DNA of 64,000 nt, from NCBI GenBank assembly GCA_012295275.1, contig CM022670.1, positions 30,256,001-30,320,000 on the forward strand. The letters are read 5' to 3'. The notes beneath the pieces are model-generated. The model did not search any database, had not been told where the DNA came from, and saw only the letters and a program-made list of their open reading frames with translations. Position numbers and translations under genes: made by a program. Below, piece by piece: positions 29,523 through 45,600 of this stretch. This DNA is from Chrysomallon squamiferum. Its lineage: Eukaryota; Animalia; Mollusca. The number at the start of each line of letters is the position of its first letter. The first letter of the stretch is position 1.

Positions 29523-30338
29523 CCAACAACAACTTTAGCAAAGCAACAAAACAGAGGACAAACAGGGTGAAAATCGATGAGAACAAAAAGTCCACACTCT
29601 CACTGTTATATGAATCTATTCACTAAGATTTATTTGTTATTTATTTAGCCAGGAAGATGTTTAAACAAAAAGTAAAATTACATAACTTTATATGATATTA
29701 ATAAATAGGAAGTTTATCCATAAATTATTTGTTTTCTTTGAAATGCTCGTGCTATGACTTTATTAATAATTTCATAATTTCGTTTCGACAAACTGTTTAA
29801 AGAATTTCGCTGCTATATATGTGTAGTAATCGCTGTGTTGAGTTTGAATAAATCCAGTAAATTTGTTTATAAATATTTGATTATTTCATATTGAACGTTA
29901 ATTTTATTTACAAAGAAACTTGTATAAATGCGGAAGCTCAACAGCTCAATACTGAAATTAATATTTTGAAATTATATGAAGGAGACGCACGTTCGGTTTA
30001 AATTGTATAGCGTTCCGCAAAATATAGGGATATAATTTTAAATGTATACAAAAAAGAAAGTTGGTAGAGAAAAAAGAAATAACAACAAACGAAAGACCTT
30101 GATAAAAAGGCAATAAAAATGTATTTATTAATAGTGTATGAACGTACAATGTTATAGAAACTCGCGCTATTAAAGAGGGAATTCCGTCGCATATTCCAGT
30201 GAATCCTATCAACTGATGTGTTACATTGCACTCTCATATTTTTTATTTTATGCTGTGAATGTTCAAATGATTTTAATATTTTTTATGTTATACTTATTAA
30301 AGCCCCACGTAACTTTTCTTTATATTTATATATTTATT

Positions 30339-30398
<60 letters not shown>

Positions 30399-32609
30399 TC
30401 GCTTTATAATGAAATATCTCAGTTTTATATTTTTTACGCTGCAAAATCTAAATCGGTAGTTAGATATAGGCCTAGGCCTGGAGCTTCATAGAGCACCTAG
30501 TCAGTTCTCATTGATCCCATTTGACGATTTTCCATCATAACCAAAGCTGCATGATTTATTTCTCAAAAATCTTGATATCCGTGGGAAAGTGATTTAGGAA
30601 TGTTGTTGCCAGTCAGCAGTTTTCTCTCTCATTATTAGCATTGTCATTTACCAAATGAAGATTTAAAATCAATAAACAATTTACATTCCATGCTCCACAC
30701 TTTTTTTTATTAACATATTGGGTTATATACTGTTTATATACACAATGATAGTCAATCAAAATAACGTTTCTTACTCTCCATATAGATCAATATTTGTCAT
30801 ATGAAAACTATTTGCTAGAAAACGCTAAAACCCCGAGCTACTAAGTATTAATTTATTTATTTAGTAGTTCTTTCAAGGAAACTTCAACACTGCAATGAAA
30901 TAATGTTTGTTTAATGAAAATTTAATTTGAATTACATTAATGGTGGTCAGTTTGGTGTCAAATATAATTAAGTAAGACTAAAAGAGTGTCTAAGAAAGAA
31001 CATCTTTATATTTCATTCGGCCTCTCATACTGAATTGGCTTGCAGGACTGCAAGGTGTCATAAATACTTGAAATATGATTATTACTAATACTGCTACTAT
31101 TACTACTACTATTGGTATTACTACACTGCCACTTCTATTGCTATTATTATTATACTACTACACTACTACCACCACAGTTGCTACTACTGCTATTGCTAAT
31201 TTACAGTTACTACTACTATTAATACGATTATTGTTGCTACAATTTCTTTTGCTTTTGCTACTGCTCTGTTCTGCATGTAGTACAGTTAGTGCTACCATTG
31301 CTGCCTTTTCTAATGCCGCTGCTACTGCTACTATTTCTACAAAGAGTACTATTAGTGCTATCAATGCTGTCGTTTTTACTGTTGCTATTAATACTGTTGC
31401 TACTTGAACTACTATTTCCATTATACCTAACAACTGCTACTGTTCTATTACTACTACTACTACTGTTACTACTGCTACCACTACCATTGCTACTTTAGTT
31501 TTTTGTTTTCTTTACTTGTTGTTTTTTGTAATTGTTTATTCATTATTTTCAGTAACAGAAGAATATTCGTTGGAAAGGAACGTTATTATTTAAAACAAAA
31601 AAAAACTTGACATCGATAAGAACGTCATTTCTAACTATGGTTTCTTCAAAAAAATTCGCAAAAAACCCCCAAAATAATAACAAAAAATAATGAAAACAAA
31701 AAATTAAAGTTCTCTATTTACGATATTAATGCATTCTTTTACAAAAGATAAACTTAATTATATATTTCAAATCATTCATCAAAGTAATCAAAAGTGAAGT
31801 ATTCATAATTTTTTTCATTTCCACATAATCTGGTTTTGTTCCGCGTGCCTCCGGTCCGAATGTCTAGATTCAGACCATTAAAAAGCCATTATGAAGCAAT
31901 GTTTATCAAAAGTCATCCGCTTGGAACGAAGATCAGTATTAACATAATAGGTAGCTAAGAAATCGTATTCTAAATGTTATTATCTCTGCAAAATGCTTTC
32001 CTCTGCTCACACCTACAATACTGGAGTGGGCTCTCCCGAAACAACCATTCATCTTGCACGTCTATCCGTCAAGCCATCTTATCATTTTCACTACAGTCTT
32101 TTTATTTGTTTGGATTATTGCTAAATTATTTATTAATTAATTTATTTCTTTATCCAGACTTTGTTTCACTATCTCTATATTATAACGTTTTAAACGGTAA
32201 AATTAAAATGTTTCACCTGCACTTTGATTAAATATTTCAGATTGTTAGTGATTATTTTTTTTGCTGCTGCCTGTCAGTCTTTACCAACAGCAAAGCACGT
32301 AATTACTATTATTAATTTTTAATTCCGCTAAAAAAGATTTCTGTAGTTTCTGATGAACGTTTTCTCACCTTTGTTTAAAGCCATAAACAAAAAAATGAAG
32401 ACAAAGGAGAGCCTGTACGTCACTTGTCGCCATTATTTAATTGTCATACTTTAATAGAAGAGCTGGCTGAAACCTGAGAACCTTAAACAATCTCGTGAAA
32501 ATATACTCGCATACTTAAAGGCAGTAATTTGAGTTTTCTAGAGAACTGTCCTTTGAAAATGTAAATAAATTTAAATATGACTTCAGAATATCTGTTCGGG
32601 TTTTCTCGC

Positions 32610-32682
<73 letters not shown>

Positions 32683-32957
32683 TGTGTGTTTGTGTTTGTT
32701 TGTTTGTATATTTAGTTAAGGTAGCCAAGCACAATCTGAATTCCTATTTATATAATTCTTTAAAAAATGTAGTTATGAAGGCAGCAAAGAATAATTTGGC
32801 ATTCTAATCTGATAATCTTTTAAAACTTTCGTCATCGTAATCCCAAAATATTGACACTTATTTAGAATTCTGGTGGCAGGAATGTTACTAGCAAGTCAGG
32901 AAGTTAGATCTTTCCTGGTACATTAATTAATTAATTAATTAAATTTATTTATTTTTA

Positions 32958-33032
<75 letters not shown>

Positions 33033-34810
33033 ATTGATTTATGGCTATTATATCATAGAAACAGTTTTAAACATAATTTTAATTTGGCCCGAGACATCAG
33101 GCTTATCAAGTGCACTGCACACAATTATTTGTTGAACTTTTTCACTATTCGTCTTTATAAGATTAATTTCGTGAGTATTTGTATGTCTTTACTTGTAAAT
33201 GCATCTTTTTAAAGTGTTTTCTAACATTTGTTTAGTAAGTATATTATAGAGTATAAAAGTTTAAAAAAGTTTAATAATATAAAATGCAATCTGTGAGAAT
33301 CCAACATATTAAAAAACATCACTTCCACAAAACCTCCTCCCCACGAAAAACAAAAAACAAAAAATCGCCCAAAAAGACCAAAAGAAAATTAACCCCAAAA
33401 AAGTGAAACAAAAAAGCCAACCGTAATTGGCACATAATAATAACAAAACTTGTTTTAAATTTAAAAAATCAAATTTTATGACTACCACACATAAACGAGT
33501 GTGCACATAAATAAATCGGTTATTGGAAAAAGAGAAAATTTCTCTTCAAACCAGAATTACTTCTAACTCCACAATTATTAATGATCAGTTGCTTCAGATA
33601 AAGAAGATGTACTTTGTGAACTGGTATCGAAAAAACCGAAAGTATTTAAGATCATGCTTTAAATGCAGTCATTGTATGTTTTATTTTATCCACGATTTAT
33701 TTTTTATTATTTGCAGAATTATTTTTATTGAGTAACCTTTTGGAATTTTAAACTTAGTTATATGACCTCTGGAGGTCCGCACACCGCGTCTGACATTACC
33801 AGGATATCTGTGGTTGTGCAAATTTGTATAGACATTTTTAGAATATGTGCTCTTTTTAAATCTTTAATTTACTGTTATGTAAATAAAACAACAAATAAAA
33901 CTGTTGCATATACGTACTTCATAGAATAAAATATTGAAAGATGATATCTGTAATCATTAAATTTTTAACATCAAGTTTTAAGACTGCCACACAGACCTGA
34001 TGTGTCAACAGGCTAAATTTTTAAGGTAGTTTTAAAAAAGAAACAAATAATTTTCTTTTTTAAAAAATATGGCTGGAGATAATCCAAAATAATAAATAAT
34101 TCGCTTTCGCGTCAGTATATCTGCTGACCAAGGATATGCACCTTTGTAACAATTTACTCAGTTTGTCAAGACAATTTTGTTAATAAAGACTGAGTATCCT
34201 GAAGCAATTAAAGGAATCAAGGACAATTAATTTAATTATTTGTATTTTAATGAGTTTCCTTGTTATTACATTAGCGTTATATCAGTATTTTCCTCTCCTT
34301 TCTCTGACTGTTTTCTTTTAAAGTAAATAATTTATAATAATAATAATAATAAAGCAGTTATAACAACAAATAATAGTAGTGGTAGTAGTAATTGTTGTTG
34401 TTATATTAGTAGTACAGTAATTAATGCACAAATAAATATGAAAGAAAAAAATCAAGAAAGAAGAACTAAGAAAGCCAAGAAAGCAAACGATAAATAATTA
34501 AATATATCCCCCTTCAGAAACAAAAAACTAAAGTAAAATATAAAATAAGTAATAATAATAATAAGCCGATAACAAACAATGATAATAACTGAACCGAAAC
34601 ATGATTACTTAATACTTAATGGACATGAATAAGAACGGTCAGGCAAATGGATGGATATTCTGTCAGTTTCTATTCCTGGCTGATTGTATCTGATTTATAA
34701 AAGCAAAAATCGTGACAAAATGGAATGCATCTATCCTAGATGTCGTTTGGTTTATCAGTACAAAGTGGATATAAAACCAGTGAACAGACCACCCCTTTGT
34801 TGGCTGATAA

Positions 34811-34822
34811 CGTCACGTGACG
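34811..34822. promoter_or_regulatory. Perfect 12-bp palindrome CGTCACGTGACG (E-box / CLEAR / CRE-like) upstream of the cytokine receptor
   Basis: The motif is seen directly in a CpG-rich patch about 2 kb upstream of the ATG. GTCACGTGAC is the known USF/TFEB/MITF site. Function is inferred. Confidence 0.35.
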
Positions 34823-35060
34823 CGTTGCGTATGATGCGGTCGGAAGATAATCTGTGAGAATTAAACAACCACTGATGACTGGGTTGAATTTTTTTAATTT
34901 ATTTTTTTAATTTTTTTTTTCTTCTATATATACGGGAAAGCTAATGTAATATATAATTTATAGAAATATCATTGCTATTTGTATTTTTAATTTAAACATC
35001 GGTCCACAAAATGTTGAATGTAATGGAACATGGAACCAGGAAAAAAAGATTAGTTAATAC

Positions 35061-35062
<2 letters not shown>

Positions 35063-35145
<83 letters not shown>
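35063..35145. repeat. (GA)n microsatellite; similar GA/CT tracts at ~36609-36695, 38277-38365 and 39430-39497
   Basis: Seen directly. Confidence 0.95.
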
Positions 35146-35149
<4 letters not shown>

Positions 35150-35746
35150 AAATATAAAATATATGCTAACAATGATTTATAACGGTTTGCGTATTCTGGT
35201 CAAAGATCAGTTATGAAGCATCTCTCACCCGGCTATCTCACTATTGAATCAGTAAACTTTATATTCCATTTATTTTAAGCGGGTTATCATTATAATAAAC
35301 AGAGTCCGTATCGTAGTATTATTGACAGTATTTGAATATCACTGATATCATATTATAGATAAACACTGGCGGCCGTAATTCAGAGAATGTAAGACCACAT
35401 GATCTTAAAATTAAAACTAAATAATGGATTTTGCCACAGAATTGTGCAAGCAATGCAAGACATCGATAAAGGTAATATTCTACTTTGTTACGTTCATTAG
35501 TAATGAAAATATTTATTAAAATATACAGTTGTTCAGACTTTCATACAAAGTAAATTAAAATAGGAAGCTATAGGTTTTCTCTCTATGATATATTTTTTTA
35601 CACACACATACATATATTTATATGTGTGTGTTTATTTATTTATTAATAAATTTATAGATTTGTTTGTCTGTTAATCCATTCAATAAGAATTTTAATTCAC
35701 ATACTTCTCTTCGTGTTTGTCTTCAGAGGTTATTAGATTCCCAACT

Positions 35747-36015
35747 CAGTGATTTTCAACCACTGTGCCGTGGAAAATTAGCCAACTTCACTTAATTAGT
35801 CCAAAAAGATATTATTTAGTTACTTCAAATAATTTGCCATGGTTGTGTATCTGTGCTTGCATTGCAGTGATTGGCGAAATAATTATATACTGCCCCATGA
35901 CTAAACTGCCATTGTAAATGTGTTATTTTGTAACGCTTTTGGTTGTTGGGGTGACTCAGGATTTTTTTTTAATGTAAAAAATATGCCTTGGTTCATAAAA
36001 GGTTGAAAAACACCG
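35747..36015. mobile_element. hAT/Charlie-like MITE
   Basis: Imperfect 15-bp TIRs CAGTGATTTTCAACC ... GGTTGAAAAACACCG (13/15 match). No clear target-site duplication. Confidence 0.55.
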
Positions 36016-36607
36016 TGACCTAACCTGATCGGGTTCGCGTTCTATTCTAAATATCCACTTCTGTCTCTTTACTTCGAATACCTACATCTTTGGACATGAC
36101 CCAAAAATATTTCTGGGTAGTTTCACTTCGTAACCTTAAATTAGCGCAATCATTATAGTATTAATAAGGATTAGGACATAAACAGTAGTTAGTTTCTCAA
36201 TGAATGAATATAAAAATAAAAATACAACAACAACAACAATAACAACAACAAAAAAAAAAAAAAAAAAAAAGAGAACTAACAAAAGTAGGCCAAATTGTTA
36301 CTGATTCGGGTTTCATTACGCGTATAGGATAAACTCTGAAGGTTCAAAAGCCAGCTGCAGTGAAGATGTAATGTAATAAGCTACTGAGTAGTAAAACGTG
36401 AACCAGTTTGACCCTCTACGTATTTGTGACACAAATATACTAAAGTTTCATAGTTTTCGAGACAACACGAAACAAAGAAAAGAATTGTAATTGCTTTTGC
36501 TCGGATGTTGAAACATGGAGGGAAAATATTTTAGCGCTTTGACTTGAGAATATTACTACTTAGCTTAATCAGAGTGGGTCTACTTAACTTTTGAAGGTAA
36601 AATTTGT

Positions 36608-36699
<92 letters not shown>

Positions 36700-36889
36700 A
36701 GTAGACTCTTAATTTAAAATAACAATAGGATATAAGTATGTAATATTTGTAACAGGTAAAAAAACATTTTTCGATTAAACAAATAAACACTCTGAAAAGC
36801 CATTGTTCACTTTGAATAGATTGCAGTATGTTTGACAAGGAGACCTTAGTGAAAGTCGCACATCGGATATCGTCATTAACCCAGAACTT

Positions 36890-38273
36890 ATGATGTTTCT
36901 GTTGTGGATCTTTCTGACAGTGATTCAAACACCTTCATTAGTATTCACCGGTAAGAAATCTTTTTCTAATTTAAATATTAATATCTGTCGTGTTTTCGTC
37001 AATCTGATTTCAAATTTAATTTTCTAGTATCTTTGTTTCTGTTTTGTAATACTGGAGTCATTAATTATGCAAGATATATATTAACTGCTATTCATACTGA
37101 TTCTTTTGGAACATGGATTTTATGACACTTCATTTTCAATATTCAGTCTAAAGACTGCCGTTTGATGAAGGTCCATTTTCGCTAATGGTTTTTAAGTCGA
37201 ACTTACCTTAATGTAATTTACCAAAATAAGACGTTTTGCAGATGTAGTGCGTTCTTTTCTTTCTGAGATTCCTGTAATTCTTCTCTTCTTTTTTTTTCTA
37301 GCTTCAAAACTGACGTTCAAGCCTGCACCTATTACAGACGGACAAAGTGGTCCATATTACTATGCTTTTGGAAGTCAAGTTCGGATCACTTGCGTTGTTA
37401 CAAAATCCGATGTGAATATTTCGGATTTGATCCTGAAACACAATAACATAAAACTCCACGCTGAGTCGGTTTCCCAGAATATCATACGCCACGTCATTAA
37501 AAATGGCGATACACACAATTCTGGACTTTACAGCTGCTGTATTAGTCCCTGCGTGTCCAGCATCCCTTTTTCTGAAGATACAAAATTTATCAGAATCCAG
37601 TTTGGACGTAAGTGGTATAATTACAGATGTTTGTATATGTTTTTTTGTTGTGTTCTTGTAATATTAATTTGAAAAAAAAAACAAACAAAAAACCTCCACT
37701 AAATCCCAGTAGCTTTAGAAAGATTACTTTTTTACGTACTGTTTCTTTTTAAATTTGTATTATTACTATATCTGCTGCATCAGGTGCTACTGCTACTAGT
37801 ACTATGGCTCTGTTTCTGCTATTATTACTGCTACGATGATTATTGCTACCACTGTTTTTATTGTTGTTTTTTCTTATTCCTATTATTATTAGTAGTAGTA
37901 GCAGAAGCAGTAATAGTTGTAGTAGTAATAACAGTAAAGTAGTATTAGTTGTGGTAGCAGAAGTTACAGTAGTAGTGATAGTGATGGTAATAGTTCCTGT
38001 TCTGTTCTTATCTTCTTCTTAAACTGCTTTTTTCTTTCGAATTTATTTATTTATTTACGTTCTTACTTACTTATTTATCATTTTCAGCTCTTCCTACTAA
38101 ACCAAGCAATTTTTCCTGTGTATCCGAAAGTTGGACAAACATGATCTGTTCTTGGGAGGTCAAAGGAACAGATAGTACATCAAACTACTGGATTTCGAGA
38201 TTTTCATACCACAGGTACGAAAATAGTACTACATTTCTGATATGCTACTGTTATTTTAAATTAAGTGTCTGTG

Positions 38274-38370
<97 letters not shown>

Positions 38371-39427
38371 TATTAATTTGTTTTCTGTTCTCTATTCTCA
38401 CTCATTATGTAGATAACAGTTTAATACAGGGACATTAATACAGTTAGGACTGACAATAATGAAACATTAAACAGCAAGATGATAGTGAAATAAATCTTTT
38501 AAAATTAGAATAATGCTCAAATACAGAGGGACTTTTGTAGTGGGTTATAAATTAAAATATACGTATATTGGAGCACATTACTTTGAGAACTAGTTTGTCA
38601 CAAACACTTAACAGTGTTTTTTAATAAAACAAATAAGCCTAGGAATCTACGTAAGATGGGAAGTGTATGAAGACAGCTAACAAAATGGTAATATATATTT
38701 TAGTTACATTGACGGTTCCTGCCAGAATACCAGTACGATTTCCCTTCAGTTTCCATGTTCGTGTTCCAACAACGCTCTTAGAACGGGTATAAATGAAACT
38801 AAGTCTTTGAAATGTTCGGTGAAATCTGACATGTCTGGACCTCGATATTTCTTCCAAAATCGCGTGTATATGTTTCAAATTTGGGGGTACAATCAATATG
38901 GCGACAGCTTCTGGAACTACTCAGTCTTGACAGATATGTCCATTGGTAAAGTATAATCATCATCTTCATCTTTATCAGTAGCAATAGTTGTATTAGTAAT
39001 AATAATAGTAGTAGCAGTAATATTTTTAATATAAATAGTGGTAGTAGTTGTAATAATTTTAATATTACTATTACTACTAGTAGTAGAAGTAGTAGTATAT
39101 CTGTACTGCCACAATTGATGCTATTACTACTAGTAGTAGTAGTAGTAGCATCAATTGTGGCAGTACAGATATATGTAGTAATTGCTGATATTACATGGCT
39201 ACCTTGATAAATTATTATTATTATTATTATTATCATCACAGTTCGACTACCTCCTGTAGAGAAATTACGGCTGAATCGACGAAGTAGTAAAAGTATAGAG
39301 GTGTCATGGGATGTAAACCAAGAAGCAGTCAGATTGAATACTGAATACGATGTGGCAATAAAAAAACGACATTCTCATAGCCACTGGCAGGTAAATGAAT
39401 ACAGTTTATAAAATATACCGTTATGTA

Positions 39428-39499
<72 letters not shown>

Positions 39500-41009
39500 A
39501 CATAAATGATCACTCTAACTTTACTGATAAATACTATATTTAATATTTGTCTGTCAATGTCTCAGTTTCAGAATATTACTGTCACAGAGCAAATGGCTTC
39601 ACTTAGAAATCTTACGCCATACACTGACTATCTGGTGATGGTCAGGTGCCGACCTCGCGCTGGTCATTACTGGAGCGACCAGTCTGGTATTAACGTATCA
39701 ACAATGGAGGACGGTAAATTTTGGTGTTGTTATCATCTTCATCTTCTTCTTTTCTTCTTCATTTTATTGCAGTTGCTGTTGTTGTGGTTATTATTTATCA
39801 ATTTTATTATTTTAAAACAAAATAATAACTGTAATTATTATAGTTGGTCTTATTATTACAATAACAACTATTGCTGTTGTCGTTGTTGTTGTTTGCTTCT
39901 AGTCTCAAACATTACCGATGTCTTTAAAAACTTTTTTTTTTTCAGAGCCATCGTCAACACCATTGTCTACAACGGGTGCATTCATGCGTATACCATGCAG
40001 ATCCAATTCAGACTGTGTATTGGTATACTGGAAGGTAGTTTTATTTTATTTTATTTTAGAGCCTAATTTAGTATTAGAATCGAAATAATTAATTATATAA
40101 TAAATTAATATATTGAAAATTATAAACTTTAAATCCACAATTATTTAAACTGTTTCAATAAATAATATGAATGTCAGTGATTTAGAGGATTTATACCCCC
40201 ACCAAAAAAACAAAAAAAAAAAAAAAACAACAACAGTTAAAGACAATAAGGCAAGGGAAATAACTCTTTAATTTAAAACGCTACTGAAAACTGTGTGCGT
40301 GTGTGTGTGTGTTGTTTGTTCGTATGTATATAGTTTAACATTAAAATTAAAACCTATTTTTCTAGCCCATAAACTTCTCATCCAGAAACGGTATGATGAC
40401 GGCTTACAGTATAAACTGTTCCTCATCCGTCCAGTCGTCTTACGTAAACGATCCGAGTCCAGATAAAGATACATTTAGTTCTGAACTAAATTTACTTGAC
40501 AGAGGAAGTAGTTATAACGTATCAATAAAAGGAAGAACTTCCGTTGGATGGTCTCCACAGTATGAAATGTTATTGCCTAAGGAAACAAAAGGTTGAAGCC
40601 ATATCTTTTATATATGTTAATAGTCAATGTGATGATAAGACATACAACATACATAAGACATGATAAAGATATATTTAATTTATTATTAATACTTTTATTG
40701 TTGCATTCAGCGTTTGTTAGAAATAAATAATTGTCATAATTATTTGTATGAAAGGCTGAATACAAGTTATATGGTAATGAATTTATGCTAGTGAGTATTA
40801 ATGGATATTGCGCATTCATTTTCTTTGTGGTCCAATTAATGATCAAAAACATAGTAGTAAATTTATAACTGATAATTCTTTTTTATTCCTCTTTTCATGA
40901 CGTTTTTTTTTTGTTGTTTTTTAAGGATCACCAAAATTACACTTTCGTTATTACATAAATTTAAATACCAGTTTCTTTACTTCATTGAATTACATAGTAA
41001 CAATATCAC

Positions 41010-41090
<81 letters not shown>

Positions 41091-42145
41091 TAATAATAAT
41101 AATAATAATAATCATGAGGAGGTGGAGGAGGAGAAGAAGACGAAGATATATATTACCTAGAAATACACTCCTAACATCAGTTATTAACCATTTGGTGTTT
41201 ATTAGAATTTTTTAATAGTAGGTAGTGGAATATTAAATATGTTATTAAAAAATATATTAAAGAAACATTAATGATTTCGATTAATTTCTGTCTGGTTCTT
41301 AGCTCCACCGAAGCCAAAATGGGTTGTTGTTGAGTATCTGAACAGTAGCCGTGGTTCCTATCAATTGACGTGGCAGAGAGGAGAACATGAACATTCTGAT
41401 GAAGATACTGTCACGATTTTCTGGTGTTTGGGAATTATTGAAGGAAAATATATTGTCTGTCAGGTTAGGAGTGATTATCAATCAACCTTTCTACAATAAA
41501 CAGTCACTTTATAAGAACATCTGATTCTAAGGTAAACGCGTTCCTACCGTTTCTATGAATTTAGCCCTCCCCCCCCTTAATACACACACACACACTCGTT
41601 ATATAAATAAACAGATGAAGATATAGATATGTACGAAAATATGCATGCTCTCTCTTTCTCTGACGACTGTTTGGATATTTGCAAGTATATTACGTTAGAA
41701 TATCACATTTAAATTTTTAAGGCTGCTTTAAATTGGAAAAAACTCCGTTCAAATGTCTCAGAGTATATCGTGTCGCCACATCACGTAACAGACGTTGCCT
41801 CAATTATGACTTGGTACTTTGGCGTAGCCATCACTAGAAACAACTTGAGCAATGGAATTACATGGAATGAGTGCATCTTTAAATTTAATGGAGGTAACCA
41901 TAACAGTGTCTGTCTTTTAGCTTTAACAGTTTGCTAAAACATTACGACAATAATGTATTTAAAATGAATGATTATAATAATAAAGATTATGATATTGATG
42001 ATGATAATAATGCTGATGCCATATTTTTAAAGATTATTATGATGATGATGCCAGTGACTTTTCATGTTAGTCATAAAAAAAAATAGTAATAATAATAAGT
42101 GTTTATGTATATATGTATATATACATACATACATACATACATACA

Positions 42146-42181
<36 letters not shown>

Positions 42182-42539
42182 TATATATATTAATGAATGG
42201 TTCAGTAATTAAATAAGCTTAGGCAATGTATGTGGAATGAAAAGTTTTATGAAATGACAGATTTAGCTCCACTGATCAGTTAGTCAGTCATCCTTAGACA
42301 GATGGTCAGAGCAATCATGCAATATAGTCCACTGCTGACCAGCATACAATATTGGGTCTCTTCTTGGACTGCCATATAATAATGTTGGTGAAATAATTAT
42401 TTCAATAAGGTTCGTTTTAGCATAGTTTGATCGTGTTTATAGATCGTAAAGTTTAACTGCAGGCACATTTTGTGTCAAAAATCAAAACTTATAAACTAAT
42501 ATTTCTAATATCATAGCACAAACACACACGCACACACAG

Positions 42540-42602
<63 letters not shown>

Positions 42603-45600
42603 TAATAATGATGATGATTATGATAATAATAATTTTCACTTTAACTAGGCTTTTGCATTCGATTACTTCTATTTCTTTAACAATTGTCTCTCGCTGTTTT
42701 TCGTAGGTGCTTCTAAGCCAACTCTTTCGGTTTCTGCAATTAACTCGTCAGTTATTGAAGTTTCCTGGCATTTCTCATTTTGTGACACGACACAGGTCCA
42801 AGGCAAACCCGAGGAGTTTGCTTTTGCATATAACAAAATAGATCAAGAAAAATCAGACAACTGTACAGGAGGTAGAGTATATGTTATGATTTAAATAAAT
42901 AAATAAATAAAATAAAGTACTTTGCCATGCTTAATTCTTTTTTGTAATATATTCAGTTTGTAATTACTATTTTATACTTCCTTTCGTCTTATTGTATTCA
43001 CGATAAACATTTTTATCTTCAGTTTGTATTTACGACTTACATGTTTATCTTTAGTTTGTGCTTACAGTATACATATCTAAAATGCTCATATTTATAGAAT
43101 GTATTATTATTAGTTCTAACATGCTAATATGTCTAAATAGGTATGTTTAAAGTATCTAATGTATTAATATCTTTCAAATTTAATATTATAAGTTCGTAAA
43201 AAGATACGGCATTTATATATAATTTATATAACGTTACTTACTACTAATGCGACAAGTATCTAAAATAATAATACCTATAGTAGAATATTAATATTATTAA
43301 CAACATGTTGTTGTTGTTTTTGATGTTGTTATTATTATTATTATTATTTTACAGGGTTTTATAAAAGTGAACCAGCCTCATTTGATTCAAAAAGCATTCT
43401 CCTAACTGACTTGGATTACCCTGCGACATACCAAATTTGCATGAGAATTCAAACAAGAGTTGGTTTTAGTCCGTACAGCGACCCTGTAACAGTCAAAGTA
43501 AAACCTCCACGTACGTGTCCTTTTTCATCTATAATCAGATTCAGGAAATTTTATAAACGTATATAATTATAGTACATTAAGTCCAAGTTAAATCCGAAGG
43601 AACATATTTTTATTATTAATGGTTATTGACAGACTGACTTAATTTTTATATCGCTTTCTTTTGATATTATTCTGTATTATTCATATACACTGGCTAGGAA
43701 CTAAACATCTTTTAGTCGACCTTCCTTCAAACACACAGAAACATATATAACATAAAGATTGAAGCTCAAATTGTCAAACACAAGCTGGATTAGATAATAA
43801 GGTGTACTTTGAAAAACTAATGTTTCTCTGCATCATCCGACAGACAAAATAGTACATACCACGGTCATTGTTAAAGTACTGTTGCAGCAATGGTTGTAAC
43901 GATAAATAAATGTGCCCAACTGATTCTTTTGTCAACAATGAATCAGGCCAATGTCACTGTTATTCGAATGTAACTTTTTGTAAAATATTTTTTTATATTT
44001 CTTTGTTGCAGGTTTTGCTGCAGAATCCAGCCTTCCAGTTATTTTGGGCGTTTCTGTAGTTATAATAATTATTATAATATTTTGGTATGAAACCATTGTC
44101 ATTCATGTTTCTTGGTGAATTTGTTTGAATGAGTAACAAGTATTTTTAAACCTGGAAATGTAAATTTAAATGTGAGAAAAAAAATAGTAAAATACCAAAC
44201 CAAAACACTAAACTACAACAAAAACAGTACCAAAAATATAAAACTTTAAAGGAAAAACAAAAAAGAAATTGCAAACACATATAAACATGCCTACGTCCAT
44301 AGATCAATTAAAAATATTTTATACGATGAATTATTTTGAAAACACGAATGAAATGAATGGAAACGAATATACGCACACATACATGCACATAAAGTATTTT
44401 TCTTTTTTGTATAAGTACTTAGAATTTTATTATCATTATCATTTTCATCATCATTATTAACCACTGTTATCATCATCATCATCATTATATTTACATTAAC
44501 TATTATCTTCATTACTATTATTATCATCATCATTATCATCATAATCGTCATTATTATTATTATTATTATCATTATTATTCTGTTATTGTTATTATTATTA
44601 TTATTGCTGTTGTTATTGTTGTTATTATTTTCGTATGCGTCTTACTTTTCGCAGCATGGCAAAAAACAGAAAGTTATTGCTTTCGATCACGAAAGTCAAA
44701 ATTGATTTTAGTCTTTTGCATGTGAGTATTCATTTAGAATGGTTCAGCAATAACACTGTTTCAGTTTACGTATCTATGCTAGAAACGTTTCTTTTTTCAC
44801 TTGTATTTAAGCACATTTTATTTTAAGCTTGCTTTGACTGAATGTTTTACAGATTGCCACGAAGAGAAATTGTTTATTTATTCAAATTACTTTGCATAAA
44901 ATTTATTTTATAAATTGACAATGCCTTGAATAACACTGTTTATTTATTTACACTGCTAAATAATGTTATATAATTGAATCGTCTCAAACACAATGTTCCA
45001 ACGAAATTTATACACAGTTTATTTATTTGAGAAAAAAACAGTTAGATCACAGAGTTATCGTAGTCTGTTTAGGTCCAGACACAGCTGATAATGTGGAGAG
45101 ATGGAATTAAAAAAAATCATATCTCTGTCTATTTGGCTCATTCATTTTCATTTGCTACTTTCAACTTATTGATTGTGTGTATACATTTCATTGGGACGGA
45201 TATATTCTTAGTGACTAATACATTTTATACATTAACTGTGGGTGGTGTCAGCCTTATTACATTGTATGCATGTCCAGAACATTATTCATAGGCATTTTAT
45301 AATGGATGGCTTATTAAAGGGTCATGCTATTCTCATCTAGATGTTTATTTAATACAAAAATCAAGACTTCCAGTGTAGAGACACACATACACACACACAC
45401 ACTAATAAAAATATTATTGGAGCAAAACGAAATTAAAACATATAAATATATTTATAATATCATAATGATTAAAACAAATCTTAAAGTTATCTTAATTTTA
45501 GGAGGCACAGAAGAAAAGAAAATGTTGTGGATACGTTGAAAAGTTTTCATCATCTGCGGAAAAACCAAAGGTATCAGAACCGTACACGTGCATATACATA

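Noticed and set aside
30216-33030. Poly-I/L/Y/T and (CV)n/(HT)n ORFs here and at 40897-41215, 47056-47314, 47990-48412 and 61091-61279
   Set aside because: They are translations of microsatellites and low-complexity tracts.
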